Assembly (NCBI GenBank): GCA_977020255.1
Contig: CDROCS010000506.1
Span: 2,294,001-2,358,000 of the forward strand
DNA: 64,000 bases
Reading direction: 5' to 3'
Source of the DNA: Obrimoposthia wandeli
Taxonomy: Eukaryota
The first letter of the stretch is position 1; every line of letters begins with the position of its first letter. Shown piece after piece: positions 1 through 12,211 of the stretch. Both the position numbers and the translations under genes were made by a program. Below the pieces are notes generated by a model. The model saw only the letters and a program-made list of their open reading frames with translations, did no database searches and was not told where the DNA came from.

Positions 1-118
1 GGTAGTCCACGCCGTAAACGATGTCTACTCGGAGTTTGGTTCCTTGAGAACTGGGCTCTTAAGCTAACGCATTAAGTAGACCGCCTGGGGAGTACGGCCG
101 CAAGGTTAAAACTCAAAT

Positions 119-189
<71 letters not shown>

Positions 190-245
190 CTCTTGACATC
201 CACAGAATCTGGTAGAGATACCTCAGTGCCTTCGGGAACTGTGAG

Positions 246-277
<32 letters not shown>

Positions 278-283
278 TGTGAA

Positions 284-319
<36 letters not shown>

Positions 320-359
320 TCCTTATTTGCCAGCACGTAATGGTGGGAACTCTAAGGAG

Positions 360-412
<53 letters not shown>

Positions 413-587
413 CTTACGAGTAGGGCTACACACGTGCTACAATGGCGCATACAAAGGGCTGCAAACCAGCGATGGTAAGCGAATCCCATAAAGTGCGTCG
501 TAGTCCGGATTGGGGTCTGCAACTCGACCCCATGAAGTCGGAATCGCTAGTAATCGTGAATCAGAATGTCACGGTGAATACGTTCCT

Positions 588-623
<36 letters not shown>

Positions 624-744
624 GGCTGCACCAGAAGTCATTAGCTTAACCTTCGGGAGGGCGATGACCACGGTGTGGTTCATGACTGGGGTGAAGTCGT
701 AACAAGGTAGCCCTAGGGGAACCTGGGGCTGGATCACCTCCTTA
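1..744 (+). rRNA. rrs: 16S rRNA, operon 1 (3' part only; 5' end outside window)
   Basis: Universal motifs AAACTCAAATGAATTGACGG, GTACACACCGCCCGTCA, GAAGTCGTAACAAGG and anti-SD end GGATCACCTCCTTA at 731-744. Confidence 0.99.
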
Positions 745-821
745 CGTAAAGTCGTTAATTTTTGTAAGTGCCCACACAAATTGCTTGAATAAAGAAATTA
801 AAGACATAGTGAAATGTCAGT

Positions 822-898
822 AGGACTGTAGCTCAGTTGGTTAGAGCGCGCCCCTGATAAGGGTGAGGTCGGTAGTTCAAATCTACTCAGTCCTACCA
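822..898 (+). tRNA. tRNA-Ile (GAT), ITS of operon 1
   Basis: 77-nt cloverleaf, anticodon loop CTGATAA, encoded CCA end. Confidence 0.97.
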
Positions 899-919
899 AT
901 TTCACTAACCACATGATGT

Positions 920-995
920 GGGGCTATAGCTCAGCTGGGAGAGCGCCTGCCTTGCACGCAGGAGGTCTGCGGTTCGATCCCGCATAGCTCCACCA
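920..995 (+). tRNA. tRNA-Ala (TGC), ITS of operon 1
   Basis: GGGGCTATAGCTCAGCTGGGAGAGC...TTGCA...GGTTCGATCC...CCACCA, 76 nt. Confidence 0.98.
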
Positions 996-1272
996 CATCA
1001 TGTTCTCAGGAAGAGACCAAAGTTAATACTGCTTAGAATAGCAAGCAAATTAACTTTGGTTTTTTTAACTCTGAAATTCAGAGTTAGAGACACGAAATGT
1101 TGCTTTTTAGCGACTTGCTCTTTAAAAATTTGGAAAGCTGAATAAATAAAGAAGTTCTTAAAACACGTTATTACTTCGGTAATAACAATGAAGTGTTCTT
1201 GAGTATTCTTGAGGCGAAAAAAACTAGATAATACCTAGTTATTTCAATTGTACGGTCTACTTTAGATTGTAT

Positions 1273-3152
1273 GGTTAAGTGACTAAGCGTATACGGTGGA
1301 TGCCTAGGCAGTCAGAGGCGATGAAGGACGTGTTAATCTGCGTTAAGCTGTGGGGAGTTGATAAAAAGCGTTAATCCACAGATTTCCGAATGGGGAACCC
1401 ACCTTACTAAGTAAGGTATCGTTAAGTGAATACATAGCTTAACGAAGCGAACCGGGAGAACTGAAACATCTAAGTACCCCGAGGAAAAGAAATCAATAGA
1501 GATACCCTTAGTAGCGGCGAGCGAACGGGGTCTAGCCCTTAAGCAGTTTGGAAGTTAATGGAAGAATCTGGAAAGTTTCACGATACAGGGTGATAGTCCC
1601 GTACATGAAAACGACCTTACTGTGAAATCGAGTAGGACGGCACACGTGATATGCTGTTTGAATATGGGAGGACCATCTTCCAAGGCTAAATACTACTGAC
1701 TGACCGATAGTGAACCAGTACCGTGAGGGAAAGGCGAAAAGAACCCCTGTGAGGGGAGTGAAATAGAACCTGAAACCGTATACGTACAAGCAGTGGGAGC
1801 AGACTTGTTCTGTGACTGCGTACCTTTTGTATAATGGGTCAACGACTTAATTTCAGTAGCAAGGTTAAGCGAATAGCGGAGCCGTAGGGAAACCGAGTGT
1901 TAACTGCGCGAATAGTTGCTGGGATTAGACCCGAAACCCGGTGATCTAGCCATGGGCAGGTTGAAGGTTGAGTAACATCAACTGGAGGACCGAACCGACT
2001 AATGTTGAAAAATTAGCGGATGACTTGTGGCTGGGGGTGAAAGGCCAATCAAACCGGGAGATAGCTGGTTCTCCTCGAAAGCTATTTAGGTAGCGCCTCG
2101 CGTCTAACTATTGGGGGTAGAGCACTGTTAAGGCTAGGGGTCATCCCGACTTACCAACCCTTTGCAAACTCCGAATACCAATAAGTTCAATCGCGGGAGA
2201 CACACGGCGGGTGCTAACGTCCGTCGTGGAAAGGGGAAACAACCCAGACCGTCAGCTAAGGTCCCAAAGTGTATGTTAAGTGGGAAACGATGTGGAAAGG
2301 CTCAGACAGCCGGAAGTTGGCTTAGAAGCAGCCATCTTTTAAAGAAAGCGTAATAGCTCACTGGTCGAGTCGGTCTGCGCGGAAGATTTAACGGGGCTAA
2401 ACATACCACCGAAGCTACGGATGCAAAGACTTGTTCTTTGCATGGTAGAGGAGCGTTCTGTAAGCCGTTGAAGGTGAGTTGAGAAGCTTGCTGGAGGTAT
2501 CAGAAGTGCGAATGTTGACATGAGTAACGATAATGGGGGTGAAAAACCTCCACGCCGAAAGACCAAGGGTTCCTGTCCAACGTTAATCGGGGCAGGGTGA
2601 GTCGACTCCTAAGGCGAGGCCGAAAGGCGTAGTCGATGGGAAACTGGTTAATATTCCAGTACTCGCTTATATTGCGATGGGGTGACGGAGAAGGTTAGGC
2701 TAGCATGGCGATGGTTGTCCATGTTTAAGGTAGTAGGCAAGTGACTTAGGCAAATCCGGGTCGCTCTCTTTAGTGAGAATGCTGAGAACTGATGACGAGT
2801 CTCTACGGAGATGAAGTAGTTGATACCCGGCTTCCAGGAAAACCTCTAAGCTTCAGATAGGAGAGATCCGTACCCCAAACCGACACAGGTGGTTAGGTAG
2901 AGAATACTAAGGCGCTTGAGAGAACTCGGGTGAAGGAACTAGGCAAAATGGTACCGTAACTTCGGGAGAAGGTACGCCAATGATGGTGAAGGACTTGCTC
3001 CGTAAGCTATTGTTGGTCGCAGAGAAATGGTGGCTGCAACTGTTTATTAAAAACACAGCACTGTGCAAAATCGAAAGATGACGTATACGGTGTGACGCCT
3101 GCCCGGTGCCGGAAGGTTAATTGATTGGGTTAGACTTAGGTCGAAGCTCATG

Positions 3153-3250
<98 letters not shown>

Positions 3251-3509
3251 GGCCACGCTGTCTCCACCCGAGACTCAGTGAAATTGAAATCGCTGTTAAG
3301 ATGCAGTGTACCCGCGGCTAGACGGAAAGACCCCGTGAACCTTTACTATAGCTTGGCACTGAACATTGAACCTACATGTGTAGGATAGGTGGGAGACTGT
3401 GAAACATTGTCGCTAGATGATGTGGAGTCTACCTTGAAATACCACCCTTGTACGTTTGATGTTCTAACGTAGGTCCCCTTATCGGGATTGCGGACAGTGT
3501 CTGGTGGGT

Positions 3510-3552
<43 letters not shown>

Positions 3553-3673
3553 ACGAAGGTTGGCTAAACATGGTTGGACATCATGTGGTTAGTGCAAAGG
3601 CATAAGCCAGCTTAACTGCGAGACAGACACGTCGAGCAGGTACGAAAGTAGGTCTTAGTGATCCGGTGGTTCT

Positions 3674-3729
<56 letters not shown>

Positions 3730-3758
3730 ACCGCCCAAGAGTTCATATCGACGGCGGT

Positions 3759-3801
<43 letters not shown>

Positions 3802-3803
3802 TT

Positions 3804-3836
<33 letters not shown>

Positions 3837-4005
3837 TGGTACGCGAGCTGGGTTTAGAACGTCGTGAGACAGTTCGGTCCCTATCTGCCGTGGGCGTTTG
3901 AGAATTGAGAGGAGCTGCTCCTAGTACGAGAGGACCGGAGTGGACGAACCACTGGTGTTCGGGTTGTTATGCCAATAGCATTGCCCGGTAGCTAAGTTCG
4001 GAACT

Positions 4006-4036
<31 letters not shown>

Positions 4037-4173
4037 AGGCCTCGAGATGAGTTCTCACTGGAGCTTTAAGCTCCCTAAAGGGCCGTTGGAGACTACAACG
4101 TTGATAGGCAAGGTGTGTAAGTGCTGTGAGGCATTGAGCTAACTTGTACTAATTACCCGTGAGGCTTAACCAT
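1273..4173 (+). rRNA. rrl: 23S rRNA, operon 1
   Basis: Starts GGTTAAGTGACTAAGCG, ends GAGGCTTAACCAT; contains peptidyl-transferase-region motifs (GGATAACAGGCTGATACCG, GAGCTGGGTTTAGAACG). Ends approximate. Confidence 0.98.
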
Positions 4174-4305
4174 ACAAATTAAAGTATGATTAATTGAAAT
4201 ATCGACTTAAGAATAGATTGAACACTTTACGTTTTAAAGACTTCTTTATTTATAGCTTTTCAGATTAAAACGAAGTGAAAACTTCTATAGAAAGCAAACC
4301 AGATT

Positions 4306-4424
4306 TGCTTGGTGACCATAGTGTTGCGGTACCACCTGATTCCATTCCGAACTCAGTAGTGAAACGTAATAACGCCGATGGTAGTGTGGGGCTTCCCCAT
4401 GTGAGAGTAGGGCATCGCCAAGCG
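4306..4424 (+). rRNA. rrf: 5S rRNA, operon 1
   Basis: TGCTTGGTGACCATAG...CCGAACTCAG...CGATGGTAGTG...CGCCAAGC with pairing ends; about 119 nt. Confidence 0.96.
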
Positions 4425-4462
4425 CCAAATTAAGACTGATATTATATCAGCACAGATTGTGC

Positions 4463-4539
4463 GGAGTGGTAGTTCAGTTGGTTAGAATACCGGCCTGTCA
4501 CGCCGGGGGTCGCGAGTTCGAGTCTCGTCCACTCCGCCA
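4463..4539 (+). tRNA. tRNA-Asp (GTC), distal tRNA of operon 1
   Basis: GGAGTGGTAGTTCAGTTGGTTAGAATACC...CTGTCAC...GTTCGAGTC...CCGCCA, 77 nt. Confidence 0.97.
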
Positions 4540-4617
4540 ACAATTCTTAAATAACATTCTATGAGTGTTATTTTAAAATTGTAATGCTTAGCGCATACAA
4601 TCAGACCGAAAGGTCAA

Positions 4618-4629
4618 TGCTCTTTAACA
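4618..4629 (+). promoter_or_regulatory. boxA antitermination signal, leader of operon 2
   Basis: TGCTCTTTAACA matches the rrn boxA consensus. Confidence 0.9.
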
Positions 4630-4825
4630 ATTTATTCAAGCAATCTGTGTGAGCACTTGCAGAGATATAATGACCAAATATTATATCAATGTAATTGTGA
4701 ACATTAAATTAAATCGAAAGATTTGGTTTTATAAACAACAAACTTAGGTTTGTTGTTGAAGTACAGAATTCATTGAGCCGACTTAATCGAATCTACTTGT
4801 AGATTGGGTTAGTCAAAAAACTTTT

Positions 4826-5112
4826 AATTGAAGAGTTTGATCATGGCTCAGATTGAACGCTGGCGGTAGGCTTAACACATGCAAGTCGAGCGGAAACGAA
4901 GAATAGCTTGCTATTCTGGCGTCGAGCGGCGGACGGGTGAGTAATGCTTGGGAATCTGCCTAGTCGAGGGGGACAACAGTTGGAAACGACTGCTAATACC
5001 GCATACGACCTACGGGTGAAAGGGGGCCTCTTCTTGAAAGCTCTCGCGACTAGATGAGCCCAAGTGGGATTAGCTTGTTGGTGAGGTAAGAGCTCACCAA
5101 GGCGACGATCCC

Positions 5113-5165
<53 letters not shown>

Positions 5166-5325
5166 TCCTACGGAGGCAGCAGTGGGGAATATTGCACAAT
5201 GGGCGAAAGCCTGATGCAGCCATACCGCGTGTATGAAGAAGGCCTTCGGGTTGTAAAAGTACTTTCAGCGAGGAGGAAAGGTTAGCAGCTTAATACGTTG
5301 TTACTGTGACGTTACTTCGCAGAAG

Positions 5326-5369
<44 letters not shown>

Positions 5370-5605
5370 GTGCAAGCGTTGTTCGGAATTATTGGGTGTA
5401 AAGCGGATGTAGGTGGCTTGTTAAGCCAGATGTGAAAGCCCGGGCTCAACCTTAGGGAACTGCATTTCGAACTGGCAAACTAGAGTTCTTGAGAGGGTGG
5501 TAGAATTTCAGGTGTAGCGGTGAAATGCGTAGAGATCTGAAGGAATACCAGTGGCGAAGGCGGCCACCTGGCAAGTAACTGACGCTCAGATGCGAAAGCG
5601 TGGGT

Positions 5606-5639
<34 letters not shown>

Positions 5640-5744
5640 CGTAAACGATGTCTACTCGAGTTTGGTTCCTTGAGAACTGGGCTCTTAAGCTAACGCATTA
5701 AGTAGACCGCCTGGGGAGTACGGCCGCAAGGTTAAAACTCAAAT

Positions 5745-5815
<71 letters not shown>

Positions 5816-5871
5816 CTCTTGACATCCACAGAATCTGGTAGAGATACCTCAGTGCCTTCGGGAACTGTGAG

Positions 5872-5903
<32 letters not shown>

Positions 5904-5909
5904 TGTGAA

Positions 5910-5945
<36 letters not shown>

Positions 5946-5985
5946 TCCTTATTTGCCAGCACGTAATGGTGGGAACTCTAAGGAG

Positions 5986-6038
<53 letters not shown>

Positions 6039-6196
6039 CTTACGAGTAGGGCTACACACGTGCTACAATGGCGCATACAAAGGGCTGCAAACCAGCGATG
6101 GTAAGCGAATCCCATAAAGTGCGTCGTAGTCCGGATTGGGGTCTGCAACTCGACCCCATGAAGTCGGAATCGCTAGTAATCGTGAATCAGAATGTC

Positions 6197-6250
<54 letters not shown>

Positions 6251-6371
6251 GGCTGCACCAGAAGTCATTAGCTTAACCTTCGGGAGGGCGATGACCACGG
6301 TGTGGTTCATGACTGGGGTGAAGTCGTAACAAGGTAGCCCTAGGGGAACCTGGGGCTGGATCACCTCCTTA
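4826..6371 (+). rRNA. rrs: 16S rRNA, operon 2
   Basis: AATTGAAGAGTTTGATCATGGCTCAG start to GATCACCTCCTTA end; anomalous segment about 5335-5460 (see findings). Confidence 0.98.
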
Positions 6372-6491
6372 CGTAAAGTTGTTAATCTTTGTAAGTGCCC
6401 ACACAAATTGCTTGAATAGAAAATTAGAAAGCATGTCTTATTAATAGTAAGACAACGATTGGGATGAAATCCAATCGTGAAAGTAAATAGT

Positions 6492-6567
6492 GTCCCGTTC
6501 GTCTAGAGGCCTAGGACACCGCCCTTTCACGGCGGTAACACGAGTTCAAATCTCGTACGGGATACCA
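6492..6567 (+). tRNA. tRNA-Glu (TTC), ITS of operon 2
   Basis: GTCCCGTTCGTCTAGAGGCCTAGGAC...CTTTCAC...GATACCA, 76 nt. Confidence 0.97.
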
Positions 6568-6791
6568 CTTATCTTTTATAAAAAATCAAAAATAACTAAG
6601 CATTTTAGATTCATTATCTTTGCTTTTTAGCAAATGCTCTTTAAAAATTTGGAAAGCTGAATAAATAAAGAAGTTCTTAAAACACGTTATTACTTCGGTA
6701 ATAACAATGAAGTGTTCTTGAGTATTCTTGAGGCGAAAAAAACTAGATAATACCTAGTTATTTCAATTGTACGGTCTACTTTAGATTGTAT

Positions 6792-8667
6792 GGTTAAGTG
6801 ACTAAGCGTATACGGTGGATGCCTAGGCAGTCAGAGGCGATGAAGGACGTGTTAATCTGCGTTAAGCTGTGGGGAGTTGATAAAAAGCGTTAATCCACAG
6901 ATTTCGAATGGGGAACCCACCTACTAAGTAAGGTATCGTTAAGTGAATACATAGCTTAACGAAGCGAACCGGGAGAACTGAAACATCTAAGTACCCCGAG
7001 GAAAAGAAATCAATAGAGATACCCTTAGTAGCGGCGAGCGAACGGGGTCTAGCCCTTAAGCAGTTTGGAAGTTAATGGAAGAATCTGGAAAGTTTCACGA
7101 TACAGGGTGATAGTCCCGTACATGAAAACGACCTTACTGTGAAATCGAGTAGACGGCACACGTGATATGCTGTTTGAATATGGGAGGACCATCTTCCAAG
7201 GCTAAATACTACTGACTGACCGATAGTGAACCAGTACCGTGAGGGAAAGGCGAAAAGAACCCCTGTGAGGGGAGTGAAATAGAACCTGAAACCGTATACG
7301 TACAAGCAGTGGGAGCAGACTTGTTCTGTGACTGCGTACCTTTTGTATAATGGGTCAACGACTTAATTTCAGTAGCAAGGTTAAGCGAATAGCGGAGCCG
7401 TAGGGAAACCGAGTGTTAACTGCGCGAATAGTTGCTGGGATTAGACCCGAAACCCGGTGATCTAGCCATGGGCAGGTTGAAGGTTGAGTAACATCAACTG
7501 GAGGACCGAACCGACTAATGTTGAAAAATTAGCGGATGACTTGTGGCTGGGGGTGAAAGGCCAATCAAACCGGGAGATAGCTGGTTCTCCTCGAAAGCTA
7601 TTTAGGTAGCGCCTCGCGTCTAACTATTGGGGGTAGAGCACTGTTAAGGCTAGGGGGTCATCCCGACTTACCAACCCTTTGCAAACTCCGAATACCAATA
7701 AGTTCAATCGCGGGAGACACACGGCGGGTGCTAACGTCCGTCGTGGAAAGGGAAACAACCCAGACCGTCAGCTAAGGTCCCAAAGTGTATGTTAAGTGGG
7801 AAACGATGTGGAAGGCTCAGACAGCCAGGGAAGTTGGCTTAGAAGCAGCCATCTTTTTAAAGAAAGCGTAATAGCTCACTGGTCGAGTCGGTCTGCGCGG
7901 AAGATTTAACGGGGCTAAACATACCACCGAAGCTACGGATGCAAGACTTGTTCTTGCATGGTAGAGGAGCGTTCTGTAAGCCGTTGAAGGTGAGTTGAGA
8001 AGCTTGCTGGAGGTATCAGAAGTGCGAATGTTGACATGAGTAACGATAATGGGGGTGAAAACCTCCACGCCGAAAGACCAAGGGTTCCTGTCCAACGTTA
8101 ATCGGGGCAGGGTGAGTCGACTCTAAGGCGAGGCCGAAAGGCGTAGTCGATGGGAAACTGGTTAATATTCCAGTACTCGCTTATATTGCGATGGGGTGAC
8201 GGAGAAGGTTAGGCTAGCATGGCGATGGTTGTCCATGTTTAAGGTAGTAGGCAAGTGACTTAGGCAAATCCGGGTCGCTCTCTTTAGTGAGAATGCTGAG
8301 AACTGATGACGAGTCTCTACGGAGATGAAGTAGTTGATACCCGGCTTCCAGGAAAAACCTCTAAGCTTCAGATATGAGAGAATCGTACCCCAAACCGACA
8401 CAGGTGGTTAGGTAGAGAATACTAAGGCGCTTGAGAGAACTCGGGTGAAGGAACTAGGCAAAATGGTACCGTAACTTCGGGAGAAGGTACGCCAATGATG
8501 GTGAAGGACTTGCTCCGTAAGCTATTGTTGGTCGCAGAGAAATGGTGGCTGCAACTGTTTATTAAAAACACAGCACTGTGCAAAATCGAAAGATGACGTA
8601 TACGGTGTGACGCCTGCCCGGTGCCGGAAGGTTAATTGATTGGGTTAGACTTAGGTCGAAGCTCATG

Positions 8668-8765
<98 letters not shown>

Positions 8766-9024
8766 GGCCACGCTGTCTCCACCCGAGACTCAGTGAAATT
8801 GAAATCGCTGTTAAGATGCAGTGTACCCGCGGCTAGACGGAAAGACCCCGTGAACCTTTACTATAGCTTGGCACTGAACATTGAACCTACATGTGTAGGA
8901 TAGGTGGGAGACTGTGAAACATTGTCGCTAGATGATGTGGAGTCTACCTTGAAATACCACCCTTGTACGTTTGATGTTCTAACGTAGGTCCCCTTATCGG
9001 GATTGCGGACAGTGTCTGGTGGGT

Positions 9025-9067
<43 letters not shown>

Positions 9068-9188
9068 ACGAAGGTTGGCTAAACATGGTTGGACATCATG
9101 TGGTTAGTGCAAAGGCATAAGCCAGCTTAACTGCGAGACAGACACGTCGAGCAGGTACGAAAGTAGGTCTTAGTGATCCGGTGGTTCT

Positions 9189-9244
<56 letters not shown>

Positions 9245-9273
9245 ACCGCCCAAGAGTTCATATCGACGGCGGT

Positions 9274-9316
<43 letters not shown>

Positions 9317-9318
9317 TT

Positions 9319-9351
<33 letters not shown>

Positions 9352-9520
9352 TGGTACGCGAGCTGGGTTTAGAACGTCGTGAGACAGTTCGGTCCCTATC
9401 TGCCGTGGGCGTTTGAGAATTGAGAGGAGCTGCTCCTAGTACGAGAGGACCGGAGTGGACGAACCACTGGTGTTCGGGTTGTTATGCCAATAGCATTGCC
9501 CGGTAGCTAAGTTCGGAACT

Positions 9521-9551
<31 letters not shown>

Positions 9552-9688
9552 AGGCCTCGAGATGAGTTCTCACTGGAGCTTTAAGCTCCCTAAAGGGCCG
9601 TTGGAGACTACAACGTTGATAGGCAAGGTGTGTAAGTGCTGTGAGGCATTGAGCTAACTTGTACTAATTACCCGTGAGGCTTAACCAT
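6792..9688 (+). rRNA. rrl: 23S rRNA, operon 2
   Basis: Same termini and motifs as the operon 1 copy. Confidence 0.98.
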
Positions 9689-9820
9689 ACAAATTAAAGT
9701 ATGATTAATTGAAATATCGACTTAAGAATAGATTGAACACTTTACGTTTTAAAGACTTCTTTATTTATAGCTTTTCAGATTAAAACGAAGTGAAAGCTTC
9801 TATAGAAAGCAAACCAGATT

Positions 9821-9939
9821 TGCTTGGTGACCATAGTGTTGCGGTACCACCTGACTCCATTCCGAACTCAGTAGTGAAACGTAATAACGCCGATGGTAGT
9901 GTGGGGCTTCCCCATGTGAGAGTAGGGCATCGCCAAGCG
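9821..9939 (+). rRNA. rrf: 5S rRNA, operon 2
   Basis: Near-identical to 4306-4424. Confidence 0.96.
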
Positions 9940-9952
9940 CCAAATTAGAATT

Positions 9953-9983
9953 AGCCGATATCAGTGATGATATCGGCTTTTTT
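9953..9983 (+). terminator. rrn T1-like intrinsic terminator
   Basis: AGCCGATATC-AGTGAT-GATATCGGCT stem followed by a T-run. Confidence 0.9.
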
Positions 9984-10105
9984 GTGTCCAAAATTTACAG
10001 CTATAAGCTAATATCCGCTGGGCGGTATGCTCATAAACGCAGAAAAGGGCAGACATCAGTCACGAAATAGCGCTAAACCGTTATAAATGGCCTACGCCAG
10101 ACAAT

Positions 10106-10131
10106 AAAAAACCAGCCTACGGCTGGTTTTT
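10106..10131 (+). terminator. rrn T2-like terminator
   Basis: AAAAACCAGCC-TAC-GGCTGGTTTTT. Confidence 0.85.
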
Positions 10132-10617
10132 GTGTTTCTTGGCTCTGCTTAAATAAATATTATGAGCGATCTATTCGTTTATGGTGCTGTTATTTCAGTC
10201 TTCACTACTCGAGTTAGCATAATAAAAGGTAGGCTTTTCGACATAGTGATGAACAGTGAGTTTTATTTGATGGATCTCAGCTGCCTCGGTAGTTCGTAGA
10301 TGGTTATAAATAATGAGTGGCGTGTTTTTTCATGGGTATTTACCGCGCGGGCAGATCATATTGCTGTCGCTGCGCGTATTTCTGCCACCTGATTTGCACT
10401 TTATAGTGCAGATTATTGGCAGCATCGATAGAACACGACTACATTCATTGGGCTAAAGTGGTGTTTTGTTGAAATCGCGGATCAAACGCGGATGTATTAT
10501 TAATCACGTGAAACGCTGTAATAATCACCGTTCGTACGGAACGTGATCGTTAAATTACGTTTTATTGCTGGTTTTTTCGACGTTAGATATTAATTCAAGA
10601 TCTGTGCATAAAAAGCA

Positions 10618-10655
10618 TTGCCAATAGGATCGAAATCTCTATAATGCGACCTCAC
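10618..10655 (+). promoter_or_regulatory. rrn P1 promoter of operon 3
   Basis: TTGCCA (10618-10623), 16-bp spacer, TATAAT (10640-10645), GC-rich discriminator GCGACCTC; the 16-bp spacer and discriminator are rrn P1 hallmarks. Confidence 0.85.
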
Positions 10656-10740
10656 TGACACGGCAACAGCCGCTAGGTAAGGTGTTTAAAAACAACTTAG
10701 GTTACTTTTTAAACGTCCTGAATAAAGCGCAAATAGGTGC

Positions 10741-10778
10741 TTGACTTCGAAACTGGTTTGCGTAGAATACGCAGCCTG
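10741..10778 (+). promoter_or_regulatory. rrn P2 promoter of operon 3
   Basis: TTGACT (10741-10746), 16-bp spacer, TAGAAT (10763-10768), then ACGCAGCC; about 120 bp downstream of P1 as in enterobacterial rrn operons. Confidence 0.85.
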
Positions 10779-10804
10779 ACTACGACGAAAGACGTCAAGG
10801 TCAA

Positions 10805-10816
10805 CGCTCTTTAACA
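10805..10816 (+). promoter_or_regulatory. boxA, leader of operon 3
   Basis: CGCTCTTTAACA. Confidence 0.88.
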
Positions 10817-11002
10817 ATTTATTCAAGCAATCTGTGTGAGCACTTGCAGAGATATAATGACCAAATATTATATCAATGTAATTGTGAACATTAAATTAAA
10901 TCGAAAGATTTGGTTTTATAAACAATGAACTTCGGTTTGTTGTTGAAGTACAGAATTCATTGAGCCGACTTGGTTACTTAGGTAGCCAGTCAAAAAACTT
11001 TT

Positions 11003-11289
11003 AATTGAAGAGTTTGATCATGGCTCAGATTGAACGCTGGCGGTAGGCTTAACACATGCAAGTCGAGCGGAAACGAAGAATAGCTTGCTATTCTGGCGTC
11101 GAGCGGCGGACGGGTGAGTAATGCTTGGGAATCTGCCTAGTCGAGGGGGACAACAGTTGGAAACGACTGCTAATACCGCATACGACCTACGGGTGAAAGG
11201 GGGCCTCTTCTTGAAAGCTCTCGCGACTAGATGAGCCCAAGTGGGATTAGCTTGTTGGTGAGGTAAGAGCTCACCAAGGCGACGATCCC

Positions 11290-11372
<83 letters not shown>

Positions 11373-11777
11373 CACAATGGGCGAAAGCCTGATGCAGCCA
11401 TACCGCGTGTATGAAGAAGGCCTTCGGGTTGTAAAGTACTTTCAGCGAGGAGGAAAGGTCGGTAGTTAATAACTGCTAACTGTGACGTTACTCGCAGAAG
11501 ACGGCCCGCCTAGCGACGTGCCAGCAGCCGCGGTAATACGGAGGGCCCGACGGTTAACCGGAATTACTGGGCGTAAAGCGCATGCAGGCGGTTTGTTAAG
11601 CGAGATGTGAAAGCCCCGGGCTCAACAGGAACTGCATTTCGAACTGGCAAACTAGAGTTCTTGAGAGGGTGGTAGAATTTCAGGTGTAGCGGTGAAATGC
11701 GTAGAGATCTGAAGGAATACCAGTGGCGAAGGCGGCCACCTGGCAAGTAACTGACGCTCAGATGCGAAAGCGTGGGT

Positions 11778-11811
<34 letters not shown>

Positions 11812-11917
11812 CGTAAACGATGTCTACTCGGAGTTTGGTTCCTTGAGAACTGGGCTCTTAAGCTAACGCATTAAGTAGACCGCCTGGGGAGTACGGCCGC
11901 AAGGTTAAAACTCAAAT

Positions 11918-11988
<71 letters not shown>

Positions 11989-12044
11989 CTCTTGACATCC
12001 ACAGAATCTGGTAGAGATACCTCAGTGCCTTCGGGAACTGTGAG

Positions 12045-12076
<32 letters not shown>

Positions 12077-12082
12077 TGTGAA

Positions 12083-12118
<36 letters not shown>

Positions 12119-12158
12119 TCCTTATTTGCCAGCACGTAATGGTGGGAACTCTAAGGAG

Positions 12159-12211
<53 letters not shown>

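Noticed and set aside
808-1003. Inverted repeats flanking tRNA-Ile and tRNA-Ala (for example ACATGATGTGG / CCACATCATGT)
   Set aside because: Ordinary precursor-processing stems in rrn spacers.
570-8150. Single-base indels among rrn copies (for example TTCCTGGCC vs TTCCCGGGCC at about 584; TACGGAGG vs TACGGGAGG at about 5170)
   Set aside because: Fall in homopolymers at invariant positions; best explained as long-read sequencing errors.
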